This document shows positions 1 through 10,871 of a stretch of DNA of 64,000 nt, piece by piece (positions within the stretch are counted from its first letter, which is position 1; the number at the start of each line of letters is the position of its first letter). The notes under the pieces were generated by a model. It saw nothing but the letters and a program-made list of their open reading frames with translations. It was not told the DNA's origin and did no database searches. The stretch is taken from NCBI GenBank assembly GCA_963705155.1, contig CAVPJC010000001.1, forward strand, positions 431,088 through 495,087. The letters run 5' to 3'. The stretch is from an uncultured Chloroflexia bacterium (GTDB lineage Bacteria; Chloroflexota; Anaerolineae; Anaerolineales; UBA4823). Both the position numbers and the translations under genes were made by a program.

Positions 1-288
1 GCCGTCACACGCCTGCTGCCGGGCGCGCTGGGCGATCCGGATGGCGCCGCCGATGACTCGCACGCTATGGGGCTGCTCGAATACCCCCACTATACCCGCC
101 CGCCCGAGTTTCGCGGCTGGCGCGTACCCGATGTGCTCACCTCCGGCGACCATGCCCGCGTGAGGCGCTGGCGGCGAGAGCAGGCGCTCTTGCGCACCCG
201 CCGGCTGCGACCCGATCTGCCTGGAAAAAGCCGACCTGAGCGAGGCCGACCGCAAATTCCTGGCAAAACAAGACGATCCCGAAGCTGA
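1..288 (+). CDS. trmD: tRNA (guanine37-N1)-methyltransferase TrmD, C-terminal end (5' part upstream of window)
   Basis: Frame 1 is open from base 1. Translation ...[40 protein letters not shown] is the conserved TrmD C-terminus. Stop at 286-288. Confidence 0.8.
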   Translation, partial: AVTRLLPGALGDPDGAADDSHAMGLLEYPHYTRPPEFRGWRVPDVLTSGDHARVRRWRREQALLRTRRLRPDLPGKSRPERGRPQIPGKTRRSRS

Positions 289-305
289 ACAATGAGGAGG
301 CGATC

Positions 306-1574
306 ATGAAGCTGAATTATGGCAAGACCTTTCTGCTGGGTTTTGGTTTCTTCGGTGTGAGCGTGATCTGGGGGGTGTACAACGCCTTTGTGCCGGTCTT
401 CCTTGCTCAAAAATTTGGCCTGGATGTGGTCTGGATCGGCTTCTTTATGACCCTGGATAACATCGCCGCGCTGCTTATCCAGCCGCCAGTAGGTTCGTGG
501 TCCGACCGGCTGCGCACACCCATCGGGCGGCGTATGCCATTCATCTTGATCGGCGCCCCGCTGGGCGCGGTGGCGTTCGGCATTATCCCCATCGCGGGTG
601 TGCTGCCGCTGTTTGTCGCCTGCACGTCCACCCTGTTGTTGAGCATGGCCCTGTGGCGCACACCGGTGGTAGCGCTCATGCCAGATATCACTCCTTCGCA
701 GTTTCGCTCGCAGGCCAACGGCATCATCAACTTTATGGGGGGCGTGGGAGCGATCATCTCTTTCCTGGGCGGCTCGGCACTGTACCGCATCAACCCGGCT
801 TTCCCTTTCTGGTTGGGTTCGGTGCTGGTTGTGGCTGCCTCCCTGCTGGTGTTTGCCTTCATCAAGGAGCCGGAGGTTTACGAACACGGCGAGGCGCAGC
901 CGGGCATGCTCGCAAGCCTGCGTGAAGTTCTGGCAGATAACGATAAGAGCGCTTTGCGCATCCTGCTGGCTATCTTTTTCTGGTTCCTGGGCTACACCGC
1001 CGTTGAAGCCTTTTTCAATTTGTATGCCATCAACCACCTCGGGCTGGATGCCGCCGACGGCGCCGGCCTGCTGGGCCAGCTCTCGCTGATCTTTGTGCTG
1101 TTTGCGCTGCCATCCGGCTATATCGGCGGCAAAATCGGACGGCGTCCAACCATCCTCACCGGCATCCTGCTGATGAGCGCCGCCATGCTGGCAATGTTCG
1201 TATTACCGGCTGCCACCCTCACCATCCCGCTGGCGAAACTGCCCGTTCTGGGGCAGGTGCCGGTGGTGGGCCTGATCTTGATGTTTGCCGGCGCCGCCTG
1301 GGCGCTGATCAATATCAACTCGCTGCCCATGGTGGTAGATATGACCACCACCGCCCGGCTGGGCACTTACACCGGGCTGTACTACCTGTTTTCCACTTTT
1401 TCAGCCATCGTTGGACCGAACGTCAACGGCTGGGTCATCAAATTAACTGGCAATAACTATAACTCGATCATGATTGTGGCGCCTGTTTTTATGGCTGTGG
1501 CGCTGGTGATGATGTTGGGTGTGCACCGTGGTGAAGCAGCCCCGCAGGTGAAAACTGTTCCAGCCACCGATTGA
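306..1574 (+). CDS. MFS-type transporter
   Basis: Intact 422-aa ORF, hydrophobic throughout with about 12 helix-like segments. GAGGAGG sits 6 nt upstream of the ATG. Confidence 0.7.
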   Translation: MKLNYGKTFLLGFGFFGVSVIWGVYNAFVPVFLAQKFGLDVVWIGFFMTLDNIAALLIQPPVGSWSDRLRTPIGRRMPFILIGAPLGAVAFGIIPIAGVLPLFVACTSTLLLSMALWRTPVVALMPDITPSQFRSQANGIINFMGGVGAIISFLGGSALYRINPAFPFWLGSVLVVAASLLVFAFIKEPEVYEHGEAQPGMLASLREVLADNDKSALRILLAIFFWFLGYTAVEAFFNLYAINHLGLDAADGAGLLGQLSLIFVLFALPSGYIGGKIGRRPTILTGILLMSAAMLAMFVLPAATLTIPLAKLPVLGQVPVVGLILMFAGAAWALININSLPMVVDMTTTARLGTYTGLYYLFSTFSAIVGPNVNGWVIKLTGNNYNSIMIVAPVFMAVALVMMLGVHRGEAAPQVKTVPATD

Positions 1575-4005
1575 TGCCGGGCAGCGCACAGAATAAATTA
1601 TCAACTACCATGCAGCTTCAAAAACACCCGCCCCGGGTAAACCGGGGCGAATTCCTTTTCACAGTTTACCTGGGCTTATTGATCCTGGCCGGGGTAGCCA
1701 GCCGTTTCCTGTGGGTCAACTGGAGCCAGGGGGCTAACCTGCACCCCGATGAGTACGGCCTGACCAATACCCTCACCCAACTGGCTCTGCCAGAAAACCT
1801 GGATGGTTATTTCAACACGCGTCTTTCGCCGCTCAGCCCTTACCAGCGCTACGATGCCTCCGGGCAGGTCATTGCCAACGGCCCCGATAACGGCATGCGT
1901 TGGGGGCAATGGCCCATCATCCTCATCCGCTTTGCCGCACAGGCTTCAGGAAACACAGGCTACGACGAACTGCGCCTGATGGGGCGCACGCTGTCAGCCT
2001 TCGCCGACGCCCTTTCGCTTCTCCTGATCTACCTGACCGGGCAAGCGCCTGTACAATTCCAAAACCGGGCTGCTGGCAGCCGCATTGAGCGCTCTGGCGG
2101 TGATGCAGATCCAGCAGTCGCACTTTATGACCGTGGATAACTTCGGTGTGCTGTTCACCAGCCTGGGGATGTACGCTTGCGTGCGCATTGCCCAACAGCC
2201 GGTTGTCTTGCGTTCACCGGCCGTCACGGGAGTCCAGGGCGGCTACCGCCTCAATCGCCGGGTGCTTCCATGGTATGCGCTGTTCGGGACTGCTTTTGGC
2301 ATGGCGCTGGCTATCCAGGATCAACCTGCTCCCTCTGGGCGGCATGCTCTTTGTCGCCGCCTTTATCAGCGCCGCAGATTTGAAGCTCAAAACCCGCCAG
2401 GATCTGCAGCACATCCTTACCGGCAGCGCCATCTTCGTTGCCGGCGCCGTTTTGCTGTCGCTGGTCACGTTCCGCCTGACCCAGCCGATGAGCTTTCGGG
2501 CCGAGACCGGGGAGACCAGCCTCTTCACTTTGCATCTCAACCCCGATTGGGTGCGCAACATGACCGCCGCCCGCACCGAATTCGAATGGAATTGGCGGCG
2601 GGCCGCCGGGAGAGCAGTGGGCCCACCGCCCGGTCATCCTCTTCCCGCTTGCCAACATGCTGCTGTGGGGTCTGGGGCTGCCGCTGGGGGTGATGGCTGG
2701 GCCGGTCTGCTGCTGGCAGGCTGGCGAACGTTCAGGTTTGGGGAAGGCTGGAAAGCGCACCTGCTGCCCCTGGTTTGGACAGGCGGCTACTTCCTTTTTA
2801 TGGCAACCCGCTGGGTCAAATCGATCCGTTACTTTTTGCCGATCTACCCCTTTTTGTGCCTGTTTGCGGCCTGGGGTCTGCTGGAGCTGTGGCGGCGTGG
2901 GCGAACAACCCAGAACGGAGTGTCGAAACCGGCCCGCCTGATTCTGCCCGCAGCCCTCATCCTGCTGGTCACACTGGGCACGCTGGCCTGGGCCGGCGCT
3001 TTTGTCAATGCCGTCTACCGCACCGACCATACCCGTGTGCAAGCCACACGCTGGATCTATGAGAACATCCCGGCGCCGCTGCACCTGACCCTGTACGGAC
3101 GGGATGGCGCCGAGCTTCACCTGCCGCTGGCTGCCCCCGATGGGCTGCTGGTCAACGCTGCCGCGCCATATGTGCAGCCTTTCAGCCTGCCAACCGGAGC
3201 GAAGTTGGCAAGCGTGACGATCCCGCATGCATCTTCCGTAACCGGCGGCGGGTGGCTGCGCCTGGTGGTGGCAAGCGATGCCGGCGGGCTTTCGATACTC
3301 GATGAAACCGAAGTGATCCTGAATAACAAGCCTGGGCTTTTGCCGGGGCCATCGGTCCAGGCGCTCTTCCACCAGGTAGGGCTTGCCGCCGAGCAAATCT
3401 ACTACCTGATCGTATCGTCACCTGATGAACAGGGCGCCATCCTGTCTCGCAGCGTGATTGCCAACGAAAATTGGGATGAGGGTCTACCCTTCCCCTTTGA
3501 TGGGCGCGACCCGTTTGGGCAGCTTTACCGCGGCGCAACCATGGAAGTGCGCTGGTACGATGCCGAGAACAAACGCCAGATGTTTTTGGAAACCATCGCC
3601 CAGGCCGATTATATTATCCTGCCCAGCCAGCGCGGCATATGGACTACCTGCCGCATCCCGCGCACTTATCCCATGACCATGAACTACTACCGCGCCCTTT
3701 TTAACGGTCAGCTTGGTTTTGACCTGGCGGCGCAGTTCAGCTCCCCGTTTAAGTTGGGGGCGCTCTACATTTCGGATATTGGCGGCACCTGGGCCTGGGA
3801 TCGAGTACCACAGCTGCCGTTGTTTAACAACAGTCTACTCGCCGCGGAGGAGGCCTTCAGTGTCTATGATCACCCGCCCGTGTGGATCTTCAAAAAGCGG
3901 GCTGATTTCGACCTGGCACAGGTGCGCCGCCTGCTGGATGCAGTCGACCTGAGGCAGGTGGTGGTGCAGTCGCCCCGCAATGCAGATGGGGTTCCCTGCC
4001 AATAA
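1571..4005 (+). pseudogene. Large membrane glycosyltransferase (GT39/ArnT-like), broken by at least 3 frameshifts
   Basis: Track pieces 1571..2140, 2085..2693, 2657..2941 and 2146..4005 read as one protein when joined (...LLIYLTG|KRLYNSKTGLLAAALSALAVMQIQQSHF...). The first junction lies at a GGG run near 2040. The N-terminal half has many TM segments and the C-terminal half is soluble. Confidence 0.6.
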
Positions 4006-4041
4006 TCACTCCAACAGTCACCGATCCCTTTAGCATCGGCC

Positions 4042-4959
4042 TTACATGAATTTGGCCCAGTTTTCAACGCTTTCCTTATGCTCGTCTATGATCTGCTGAT
4101 CTGGCGTGTCAAAAGCATGGCCTATTTCAAAGAACAAGGGTAGATCTGGGAACGGTGAGCTTTTTGCAATTTCGATAACCAGATGGGGATCGATGATCCC
4201 CATCTGGTTATAAACCCTGGTAAAGGGCCAGTGGCGATCGGCTTTACCGTCGGTCTGCTGCAAGTGTATGACACGCGTCCAGGGCAGCAGGGTTTCCAGC
4301 CATACCATGGGGTCTCCTGGTTCAGGCAGATCAAACGAATTACAGTGACCCAGGTCGAAACACAGATGGACTGGGATCGGCAAGCCTTGATTAACTTCTT
4401 CCATTAAGTCAATTGCTTCTTGAGGCGTATGGGGAATCTCGCGCGGGGTTGGCATCGGCTCCCAGAGGAAATATTTTTGACCCAACCCTGCGGCAATCAT
4501 GGCCAGGCTGCGCACCGATTCCACCATTAAGGATCGGATCAGTGCGCGTCTCTCCGGATCGGCGTAGTCGGCGGCGCTCATCGCTCCAATAGCACCACCA
4601 CAGGCCTCCACTCCCAACCGTCTGGAAATTTCCAGAGCAGATTCATACCAGCGAAATGCATGCTCTCTCACATCCTGGTCAGGATGAGCCAGATGATTCT
4701 GGACATAAACGATAGTTCCTGTAAAAGAGGAATGCAAAAGCAGGCCATAGCGGTTAGCTGCTTCTGTTATCTCCGCACAGATTTTGCTGCGACCGGGTTC
4801 TGGCAGGGTTGGATCAAGCAAATCAAACGAGAATTGTACGTGTTTTAAACCCAATTCATCGGCGATGATTCTTGCCCACGCATCGGGTTCGGGCCATGTC
4901 TTTGCTGAAAAACCGTTGTTCACCCCTAAATGCAGTTTTGCAGACATTTTCCCCTCCAC
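4042..4959 (-). CDS. Sugar phosphate isomerase/epimerase (xylose-isomerase-like TIM barrel)
   Basis: Intact 305-aa ORF with the family-like pattern ...VQFSFD...HLCFDLGH...FFEIGH. Confidence 0.55.
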   Translation of the reverse strand: MEGKMSAKLHLGVNNGFSAKTWPEPDAWARIIADELGLKHVQFSFDLLDPTLPEPGRSKICAEITEAANRYGLLLHSSFTGTIVYVQNHLAHPDQDVREHAFRWYESALEISRRLGVEACGGAIGAMSAADYADPERRALIRSLMVESVRSLAMIAAGLGQKYFLWEPMPTPREIPHTPQEAIDLMEEVNQGLPIPVHLCFDLGHCNSFDLPEPGDPMVWLETLLPWTRVIHLQQTDGKADRHWPFTRVYNQMGIIDPHLVIEIAKSSPFPDLPLFFEIGHAFDTPDQQIIDEHKESVENWAKFM

Positions 4960-4985
4960 GTTTTCAGGGACTGCACATCGCTCTC

Positions 4986-6245
4986 TTACTCCGGGCTTAT
5001 CGTTGTTCCTGGATGCAAAATCGTGCTCTTTGGGATCACCACAATCCCATCCTGCACCACCCAGTTGCCCGCATCCAGATCGGTGCCGCGCGGGAAAGGC
5101 CGGATGACCACTCCTTCACCCATGCGCACATTCTTGTCGATGATCGCCCCTTCGATCTGGCAGTTCTTGCCGATCCCCAGCGGGATGCCGCCGCGCGGCG
5201 GGATGCCGGGCTCATCGTAGTAATCCGCCCCCATCAGGATCGTCTTGATCATCGTCACCCCGTCGTTGATCTGGCTGCGCAAACCAACAATGGCATCACT
5301 GATTTCCGCCTGCTGGATCTGGCAGCCGTCCGTCAGCAGCACGTTGTGCAGCCGCGCCCCATCGATCACCGATCCTGGCAGAAAGCGTGAGCGTGTATAG
5401 ATCGGGCGCACCGGGTCATAAAAATTGAACGGCGCATGCGGGCGCGTCAGGCTCAGGTTGGTCTCGTAAAACGAGCGAATCGTCCCGATATCCTCCCAGT
5501 AACCGTCGAAGTCAAAGCCAAACACGGTGTGGCTGCTGAGAGCGTTGGGGATGATCTGCCCGCCGAAGTCGTCGAAGGTGGAGCTTTCCAGCAGATCAAC
5601 CAGCACATCGGTGTTGAAAGCATAAATGCCCATCGATCCCAGGAACGGGCGCACCGGATCATCCCGGCTCACAAATTGCGCCTGCACGTCGGGGTCGCGC
5701 GGTTTTTCCACAAATGCTGTGATGCGCCCATCGTCGCCGCGTTTCAACAGCCCAAAGCGGGTAGCATCCACCGCCGCCACCGGCTGCACCGCCACTGTGA
5801 TATCGGCGTTGTTCTGCCAGTGGTACTGCATCATCTTATCGTAATCCATGCGGTAAAGATGATCTCCCGCCAGGATCACCACCTGCTCGGCTCCCGTGGC
5901 TTTGATTTCGAACAACTGCTTGCGCACCGCGTCAGCTGTGCCCTGGTACCAGTCTGAGCTGCGCAGCGTTTGCTCGGCTGCCAAAATTTGCACCCACCCC
6001 TGGTGGAAATCGTCGAAGGTGTACGTTTGCGTGATGTGCCGGTGCAGCGATACCGAATTGAACTGTGTCAGCACTGCAATACGGTGGATGCCCGAATTGA
6101 TACAGTTGCTGATCGGCACATCAATCAGCCGGTATTTACCGGCGATGGGCACCGCCGGCTTGGAGCGCTGTTTGGTCAGCGGGTACAGGCGTTTACCCAC
6201 CCCGCCCCCTAAAATAACTGCGACAACGTTACTTAAAGATGGCAT
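4986..6245 (-). CDS. glgC: Glucose-1-phosphate adenylyltransferase
   Basis: Intact 419-aa ORF. N-terminus [44 protein letters not shown] is the GlgC signature. AAGGAGGAG RBS upstream. Confidence 0.9.
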   Translation of the reverse strand: MPSLSNVVAVILGGGVGKRLYPLTKQRSKPAVPIAGKYRLIDVPISNCINSGIHRIAVLTQFNSVSLHRHITQTYTFDDFHQGWVQILAAEQTLRSSDWYQGTADAVRKQLFEIKATGAEQVVILAGDHLYRMDYDKMMQYHWQNNADITVAVQPVAAVDATRFGLLKRGDDGRITAFVEKPRDPDVQAQFVSRDDPVRPFLGSMGIYAFNTDVLVDLLESSTFDDFGGQIIPNALSSHTVFGFDFDGYWEDIGTIRSFYETNLSLTRPHAPFNFYDPVRPIYTRSRFLPGSVIDGARLHNVLLTDGCQIQQAEISDAIVGLRSQINDGVTMIKTILMGADYYDEPGIPPRGGIPLGIGKNCQIEGAIIDKNVRMGEGVVIRPFPRGTDLDAGNWVVQDGIVVIPKSTILHPGTTISPE

Positions 6246-6262
6246 AGTATCTCCTCCTTAAC

Positions 6263-6291
6263 AAAAACGCCCTGCCTTTTCTGGAAGGGCG
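6263..6291 (-). terminator. Hairpin plus T5 downstream of tRNA-Leu
   Basis: On the minus strand: CGCCCTTCC-agaaaa-GGCAGGGCG (9-bp stem, one mismatch) followed by TTTTT. Confidence 0.45.
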
Positions 6292-6320
6292 CCGTGCTAT
6301 AATGAGTGGGTCTTTTTGTG

Positions 6321-6402
<82 letters not shown>

Positions 6403-6469
6403 GTTACAGGTAAAGTATAATCAAAGATAGATGTAGGGTCAAGAGACAGGAGTTTTGTAAAAGACCACC

Positions 6470-7540
6470 ATGCGCCTTGGTATTATTGGCTTACCCCAAT
6501 CTGGCAAAACCACAATATTTAACGCCCTCACCCGCGGCCACCAGCCCACCACCATGAGCGGCGGTCGCTTCGAAGTCCACACAGGCGTGGTGGATGTCCC
6601 CGACTCGCGCGTTGATATCCTCTCTGGCATGTTCAAGCCCCAGAAGACCATCTACGCCAAAGTCACCTATGCCGATATCGCCGGCCTGGAAGGCTCAACC
6701 TCCAAAAGCGCCATCTCGGGCCAGATCCTCAACCAGCTCACCCAGATGGATGGCTTTGTGCACGTGGTGCGCTGCTTCGAAGACGCCAGCGTACCGCACC
6801 CATCTGGCAGCATCAACCCCGCCCGCGATATCGCCGCCATGGATGGCGAACTGTTGATCAACGACCTCATCTCGGTCGAGCGCAAGATGGAGCGACTCAA
6901 CGACGAGAAGCGCAAAGGCGGCGGCCGGGAAAAGTCTGTCATCGAGCGCGAGATCGTCCTCTTTGAACGCATGCACGCCGCCCTCTCCCAGGAGATCCCA
7001 CTGCGGGATATCGATTTCTCGCCCGAAGATGAGAAGGGTGTTTCCGGGTTTGGTTTCCTCACCCGCAAGCCGTTTCTGGTCCTGCTCAATCTCTCCGATG
7101 GACAGGCGCCCCCCAACCTGGAATATCCCCACAAGCGCTCGGCTGTGGTGGGTCTGCAGGGCAAGTTGGAGATGGACCTTGCCCAACTTTCACCGGATGA
7201 TGCCGAAATGTTTATGGCCGAGTACGGCATTACAGAATTGGGCCTGCTCAAAGTGATCCGCCTCTCGTACGACCTGCTCGGCCTGCAATCTTTCTTCACC
7301 GTGGGCGAAGATGAAGTCCGAGCCTGGACAGTGCGGCGCGGCGCGCCGGCATTGGAAGCCGCCGGCGTCATCCACACCGATCTGCAGAAGGGCTTTATCC
7401 GCGCAGAGGTGGTCACCTACGACGACCTGGTGAACCTGGGCGGTCTGAGCGAGGCCCGTTCCAAAGGCAAACTGCGCCTGGAAGGTAAGGAGTACGTCCT
7501 CACCGATGGCGAGATCATGCATGTGAGATTTAATTTGTAA
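6470..7540 (+). CDS. ychF: Redox-regulated ATPase / GTP-binding protein YchF
   Basis: Intact 356-aa ORF. P-loop GLPQSGKTTIFNALT and a conserved YchF C-terminal TGS-like end (...GEIMHVRFNL). Confidence 0.9.
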   Translation: MRLGIIGLPQSGKTTIFNALTRGHQPTTMSGGRFEVHTGVVDVPDSRVDILSGMFKPQKTIYAKVTYADIAGLEGSTSKSAISGQILNQLTQMDGFVHVVRCFEDASVPHPSGSINPARDIAAMDGELLINDLISVERKMERLNDEKRKGGGREKSVIEREIVLFERMHAALSQEIPLRDIDFSPEDEKGVSGFGFLTRKPFLVLLNLSDGQAPPNLEYPHKRSAVVGLQGKLEMDLAQLSPDDAEMFMAEYGITELGLLKVIRLSYDLLGLQSFFTVGEDEVRAWTVRRGAPALEAAGVIHTDLQKGFIRAEVVTYDDLVNLGGLSEARSKGKLRLEGKEYVLTDGEIMHVRFNL

Positions 7541-7572
7541 AATTCAATATTTCTGCAACAAAAGGTGAAAAT

Positions 7573-9354
7573 ATGACCCTCCCGTACACCCTGTCCCGTT
7601 GGAGCCTGGCCGATCTGTTTACCGGTTTTGAAAGCCAGGAAGTGAAAAACGCCTTCACCCAGCTCGATGCCTGTGTATCCGAGTTTGAGAACCGCCGCAA
7701 GCAGCTTTCAGCCGGGATTTCCGCTGAAGACTTTATGGCCATCATTCGCCAGTTGGAAGAGATCCATCACCTGGCGCACCGCGTCTATGGTTTTGCCGGC
7801 TTGAGCTTTGCCGCCGACACCCAGGATCAGGCCGCTCAGTCGTTTCTGGCGCGCGTCGAGCAGTTCATGGCTGGCCTGGAAAACCGCACCCTCTTTTTTA
7901 GCCTGTGGTGGAAAGACCTGGATGAGAACAGCGCTGCCCGCCTGATGACCGGCTCGGGCGATTACCAGTATTGGTTGGAAGAAATGCGCCACTTCAAGCC
8001 TCACACCCTCAGCGAGGCCGAGGAAAAGATCGTTAACATCAAAAACGTTACCGGCGCCAGCGCCCTGCAGAACCTGTATGACGCCATCACCAATCGCTAC
8101 GTCTTTAAAATCAACGTCAACGGGGAAGAAAAAGAGCTGACCCGCGGCGAATTGATGGTTTTTGCCCGCCAGCATGACCCCGATTTGCGGGCGGCTGCTT
8201 ACCAGGAGCTTTACCGTGTCTATGCTGATGATGGCCCCATCCTGGGCCAGATGTACCAGACTATCGCCCGTGACTGGCACAACGAACAGCTCGACTTGCG
8301 CCACTTCGCCACGCCCATCGCCGCCCGCAATCTGATCAATGATATCCCCGACCAGGTGGTAGATACACTGCTGCAGGTTGCCGAGAGCAATGCCCCGCTT
8401 TTCCAGCGCTACTTTGCTCTAAAAGCCCGCTGGCTGGGACTGGAACGCCTGCGCCGCTATGATATCTACGCTCCGGTGGCCAAATCTGAGAAAACCTATA
8501 CTTTTGACGCTGCGACCAGCATGGTATTCGAATCCTTACAGGAGTTTGATCCGCATCTCACCGGGCTGGCAAAGCGTGTCTTTGAAGAGAACCACCTGGA
8601 TAGCGAAGTCCGGCGGGGCAAACGCGGCGGCGCCTTCTGCTCCACCGTGGTGCCAGACATGACCCCCTGGGTACTGGTGAATTACCAGGGTCACCCGGAT
8701 GACATCGCCACCCTGGCGCATGAGTTGGGGCATGCCATTCACTCCATGCTCGCTTCTCATCACAGCCTGTTTACCGCCCATTCTTCCCTGCCGCTGGCCG
8801 AAACTGCTTCAACTTTTGGCGAAATCATGCTTATCGACCGCTTGATGGCTACTGAGGCCGACGAGCGTGTTCGCCGCGACCTGCTTTTCCGCCAGGTGGA
8901 TGACTCTTACGCCACTATCCTGCGCCAGGCGTTCTTCGCCCTCTTCGAACGCCAGGCTCACGAAATGACCCGCCAGGGCGCTTCGGTAGATGAGCTGGCC
9001 GAGGCCTATCTGCAGAACCTCAAACGCCAGTTTGGCGACGCCGTGGAAGTCAGCGATGAATTTCGCTGGGAGTGGGTCTCTATCCCGCATATCTACCAGG
9101 TGCCCTTTTACGTGTACGCCTATGCCTTTGGCCAGCTCCTGGTGCTCTCCCTTTACCAGCAGTATAAGGCCGAGGGCGAAGCATTCAAACCCCGCTTCCT
9201 CAAAATCCTGCAGGCGGGTGGTTCGCAAGCCCCCGCCAAAATCCTGGCGGATGCCGGCATCGATATCTACAAAGCCGAATTCTGGCAGGGCGGTTTTGAT
9301 GTGATTGCCGTCATGCTCGAAAAACTGGAAGCCATCCCGGTAACCCGCTCCTGA
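7573..9354 (+). CDS. pepF: M3-family oligoendopeptidase F
   Basis: Intact 593-aa ORF with the zinc motif HELGHAIH and PepF-like length and layout. Confidence 0.8.
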   Translation: MTLPYTLSRWSLADLFTGFESQEVKNAFTQLDACVSEFENRRKQLSAGISAEDFMAIIRQLEEIHHLAHRVYGFAGLSFAADTQDQAAQSFLARVEQFMAGLENRTLFFSLWWKDLDENSAARLMTGSGDYQYWLEEMRHFKPHTLSEAEEKIVNIKNVTGASALQNLYDAITNRYVFKINVNGEEKELTRGELMVFARQHDPDLRAAAYQELYRVYADDGPILGQMYQTIARDWHNEQLDLRHFATPIAARNLINDIPDQVVDTLLQVAESNAPLFQRYFALKARWLGLERLRRYDIYAPVAKSEKTYTFDAATSMVFESLQEFDPHLTGLAKRVFEENHLDSEVRRGKRGGAFCSTVVPDMTPWVLVNYQGHPDDIATLAHELGHAIHSMLASHHSLFTAHSSLPLAETASTFGEIMLIDRLMATEADERVRRDLLFRQVDDSYATILRQAFFALFERQAHEMTRQGASVDELAEAYLQNLKRQFGDAVEVSDEFRWEWVSIPHIYQVPFYVYAYAFGQLLVLSLYQQYKAEGEAFKPRFLKILQAGGSQAPAKILADAGIDIYKAEFWQGGFDVIAVMLEKLEAIPVTRS

Positions 9355-9378
9355 GCGCAAAAGCGGTACACCCATGCA

Positions 9379-9412
9379 GGGGTGTGGTGAACAACACACC
9401 ACACCCCTTTTT
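9379..9412 (+). terminator. Rho-independent terminator after pepF
   Basis: Perfect 11-bp stem GGGGTGTGGTG/CACCACACCCC with a 7-nt loop, followed by TTTTT. Confidence 0.65.
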
Positions 9413-9429
9413 ACCCCCATCTCCTCACC

Positions 9430-10086
9430 ATGAGTGATACTTTCCCCCTTTCCGATCTCTTTCAGCCCGCACTCGACCTGCTGGTGGAGAACCGTGAGGA
9501 ATTTAACCGCCTGGATTCGATCAACCAGAACCATGGCGATCATATGTTGGCTATCTTTCAAGCCGCCCGGCGCGCCACAATGGAGAAAACCAGCCTGCCG
9601 GCTGCCATGGCTTATGCTGGCGAACTCCTCCAACAAATGCAGGCCAACGCCTCGGCCCAGGTCTATGCCCGCGGCTTGCAGGCCATTGCCGCACAGTTCC
9701 AGCAGCGCGGCATTGAGATCGACGCTCTGGCGGCATACCTGCGCCGCCACCTGCTGGCGCCTGGTGAGCTGCCGCCTGCGCCACTCGCCGGCGAAGAGCT
9801 CACTTCAGGGGAAATCTTGAAAGCGCTGCTCAACGCCCTCACTACCTGGGAGCAGGCCGAGGTTGCTGCAAAGCAAAACGGCCCGTCTGCGCCTGCCGGC
9901 TTGGACCTGGGCTACCTGCTTGGCATCGGTATGGCCTACATGCAGGCAAAACAGGGCGGCGGCGATAAACTGGACGTGTTGGCCGAAACCATCGTCGCTT
10001 CCAGCCCGCTCGGGCAGGTGCCGCACCGCCTGGAAACGGGCAAGCAGGTGGTGCGCGCCGTCTTGAGCGCCCTGAAAGGCGCCTGA
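9430..10086 (+). CDS. Hypothetical protein (weak DhaL/DAK2-like N-terminal motif)
   Basis: Intact 218-aa ORF. The segment NRLDSINQNHGDHM resembles the DAK2 LD..GDGDHG motif only loosely. Confidence 0.4.
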   Translation: MSDTFPLSDLFQPALDLLVENREEFNRLDSINQNHGDHMLAIFQAARRATMEKTSLPAAMAYAGELLQQMQANASAQVYARGLQAIAAQFQQRGIEIDALAAYLRRHLLAPGELPPAPLAGEELTSGEILKALLNALTTWEQAEVAAKQNGPSAPAGLDLGYLLGIGMAYMQAKQGGGDKLDVLAETIVASSPLGQVPHRLETGKQVVRAVLSALKGA

Positions 10087-10154
10087 CGGGTTGCGTACAA
10101 GTTCAAACGCTGGTATCCTTAGCACATTCTCCACTGCATGAGGAGCACCCACCT

Positions 10155-10805
10155 ATGTATATTGCCATCGAAGGGGTCATCGGCGTGGGCAAAACCACGC
10201 TGGCGCGGCTGCTCCAGCCGGTATTCCAGTCTGGCTTACTGTTGGAAGTCTTTGAAGAAAACCCGTTCCTCTCGGATTTTTACGCTGACCGGGAGCGTTA
10301 CGCTTTTCAGACCCAAATTTTCTTCCTGCTCAGCCGCTACCACCAGCAGCGCCAGGTGGTGCCCGAAGTCCTGGCAAGCGGCGGCAGCCTGCTGGCCGAT
10401 TACACTTTCGAAAAGGATGCTCTGTTTGCAGGTATCAACCTCAAAGGCGATGAGCTGGAGATGTACCACCGTGTCCATGCTGCTCTGGCGGAAAAAATTC
10501 CCCTGCCTGGCCTGATCGTCTACCTGCGCGCCGAAACCGACACCCTCATGCAGCGGATCGCTTTCCGCGACCGCTCCTACGAGCGCAATATGCAGCGTGA
10601 TTATATCGATGAGTTGAACCGGGCCTACGACCTGTTCTACAGCGACGCTCACCGCGCCAGCCATCAGCTATTCGTGCCGGTTTTAACCATCGATACCGAT
10701 GACCTGGATTTTGTTCGCCGTCCCGGGGACCTCAAATGGGTCGAAAACCGCATACGCCAGGCTTTGCGCCTCTCGCCTTTCCAGGCCGAGCTGCCCATTC
10801 CCTAG
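10155..10805 (+). CDS. Deoxynucleoside kinase family protein
   Basis: Intact 216-aa ORF with P-loop IEGVIGVGKTTLARLL and a dNK-like layout (ERS-type segment DRSYERNM). Confidence 0.7.
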   Translation: MYIAIEGVIGVGKTTLARLLQPVFQSGLLLEVFEENPFLSDFYADRERYAFQTQIFFLLSRYHQQRQVVPEVLASGGSLLADYTFEKDALFAGINLKGDELEMYHRVHAALAEKIPLPGLIVYLRAETDTLMQRIAFRDRSYERNMQRDYIDELNRAYDLFYSDAHRASHQLFVPVLTIDTDDLDFVRRPGDLKWVENRIRQALRLSPFQAELPIP

Positions 10806-10871
10806 GACATTGTCGTTCAATGGCGGGTTCAGCCCGGCGGACCGGTGAGATAAGAAACGAGGGCAGCATCC

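Noticed and set aside
90-1037. Long antisense or overlapping track ORFs, e.g. 90..1037(-), 2311..3396(-), 10683..11618(-), 18185..18946(-), 44934..45965(+), 62337..63620(-)
   Set aside because: They lie opposite or out of frame to genes with clear family signatures. They are Arg/Gly/Pro/Ala-rich, as expected for shadow frames in GC-rich DNA, and lack RBS or start context.
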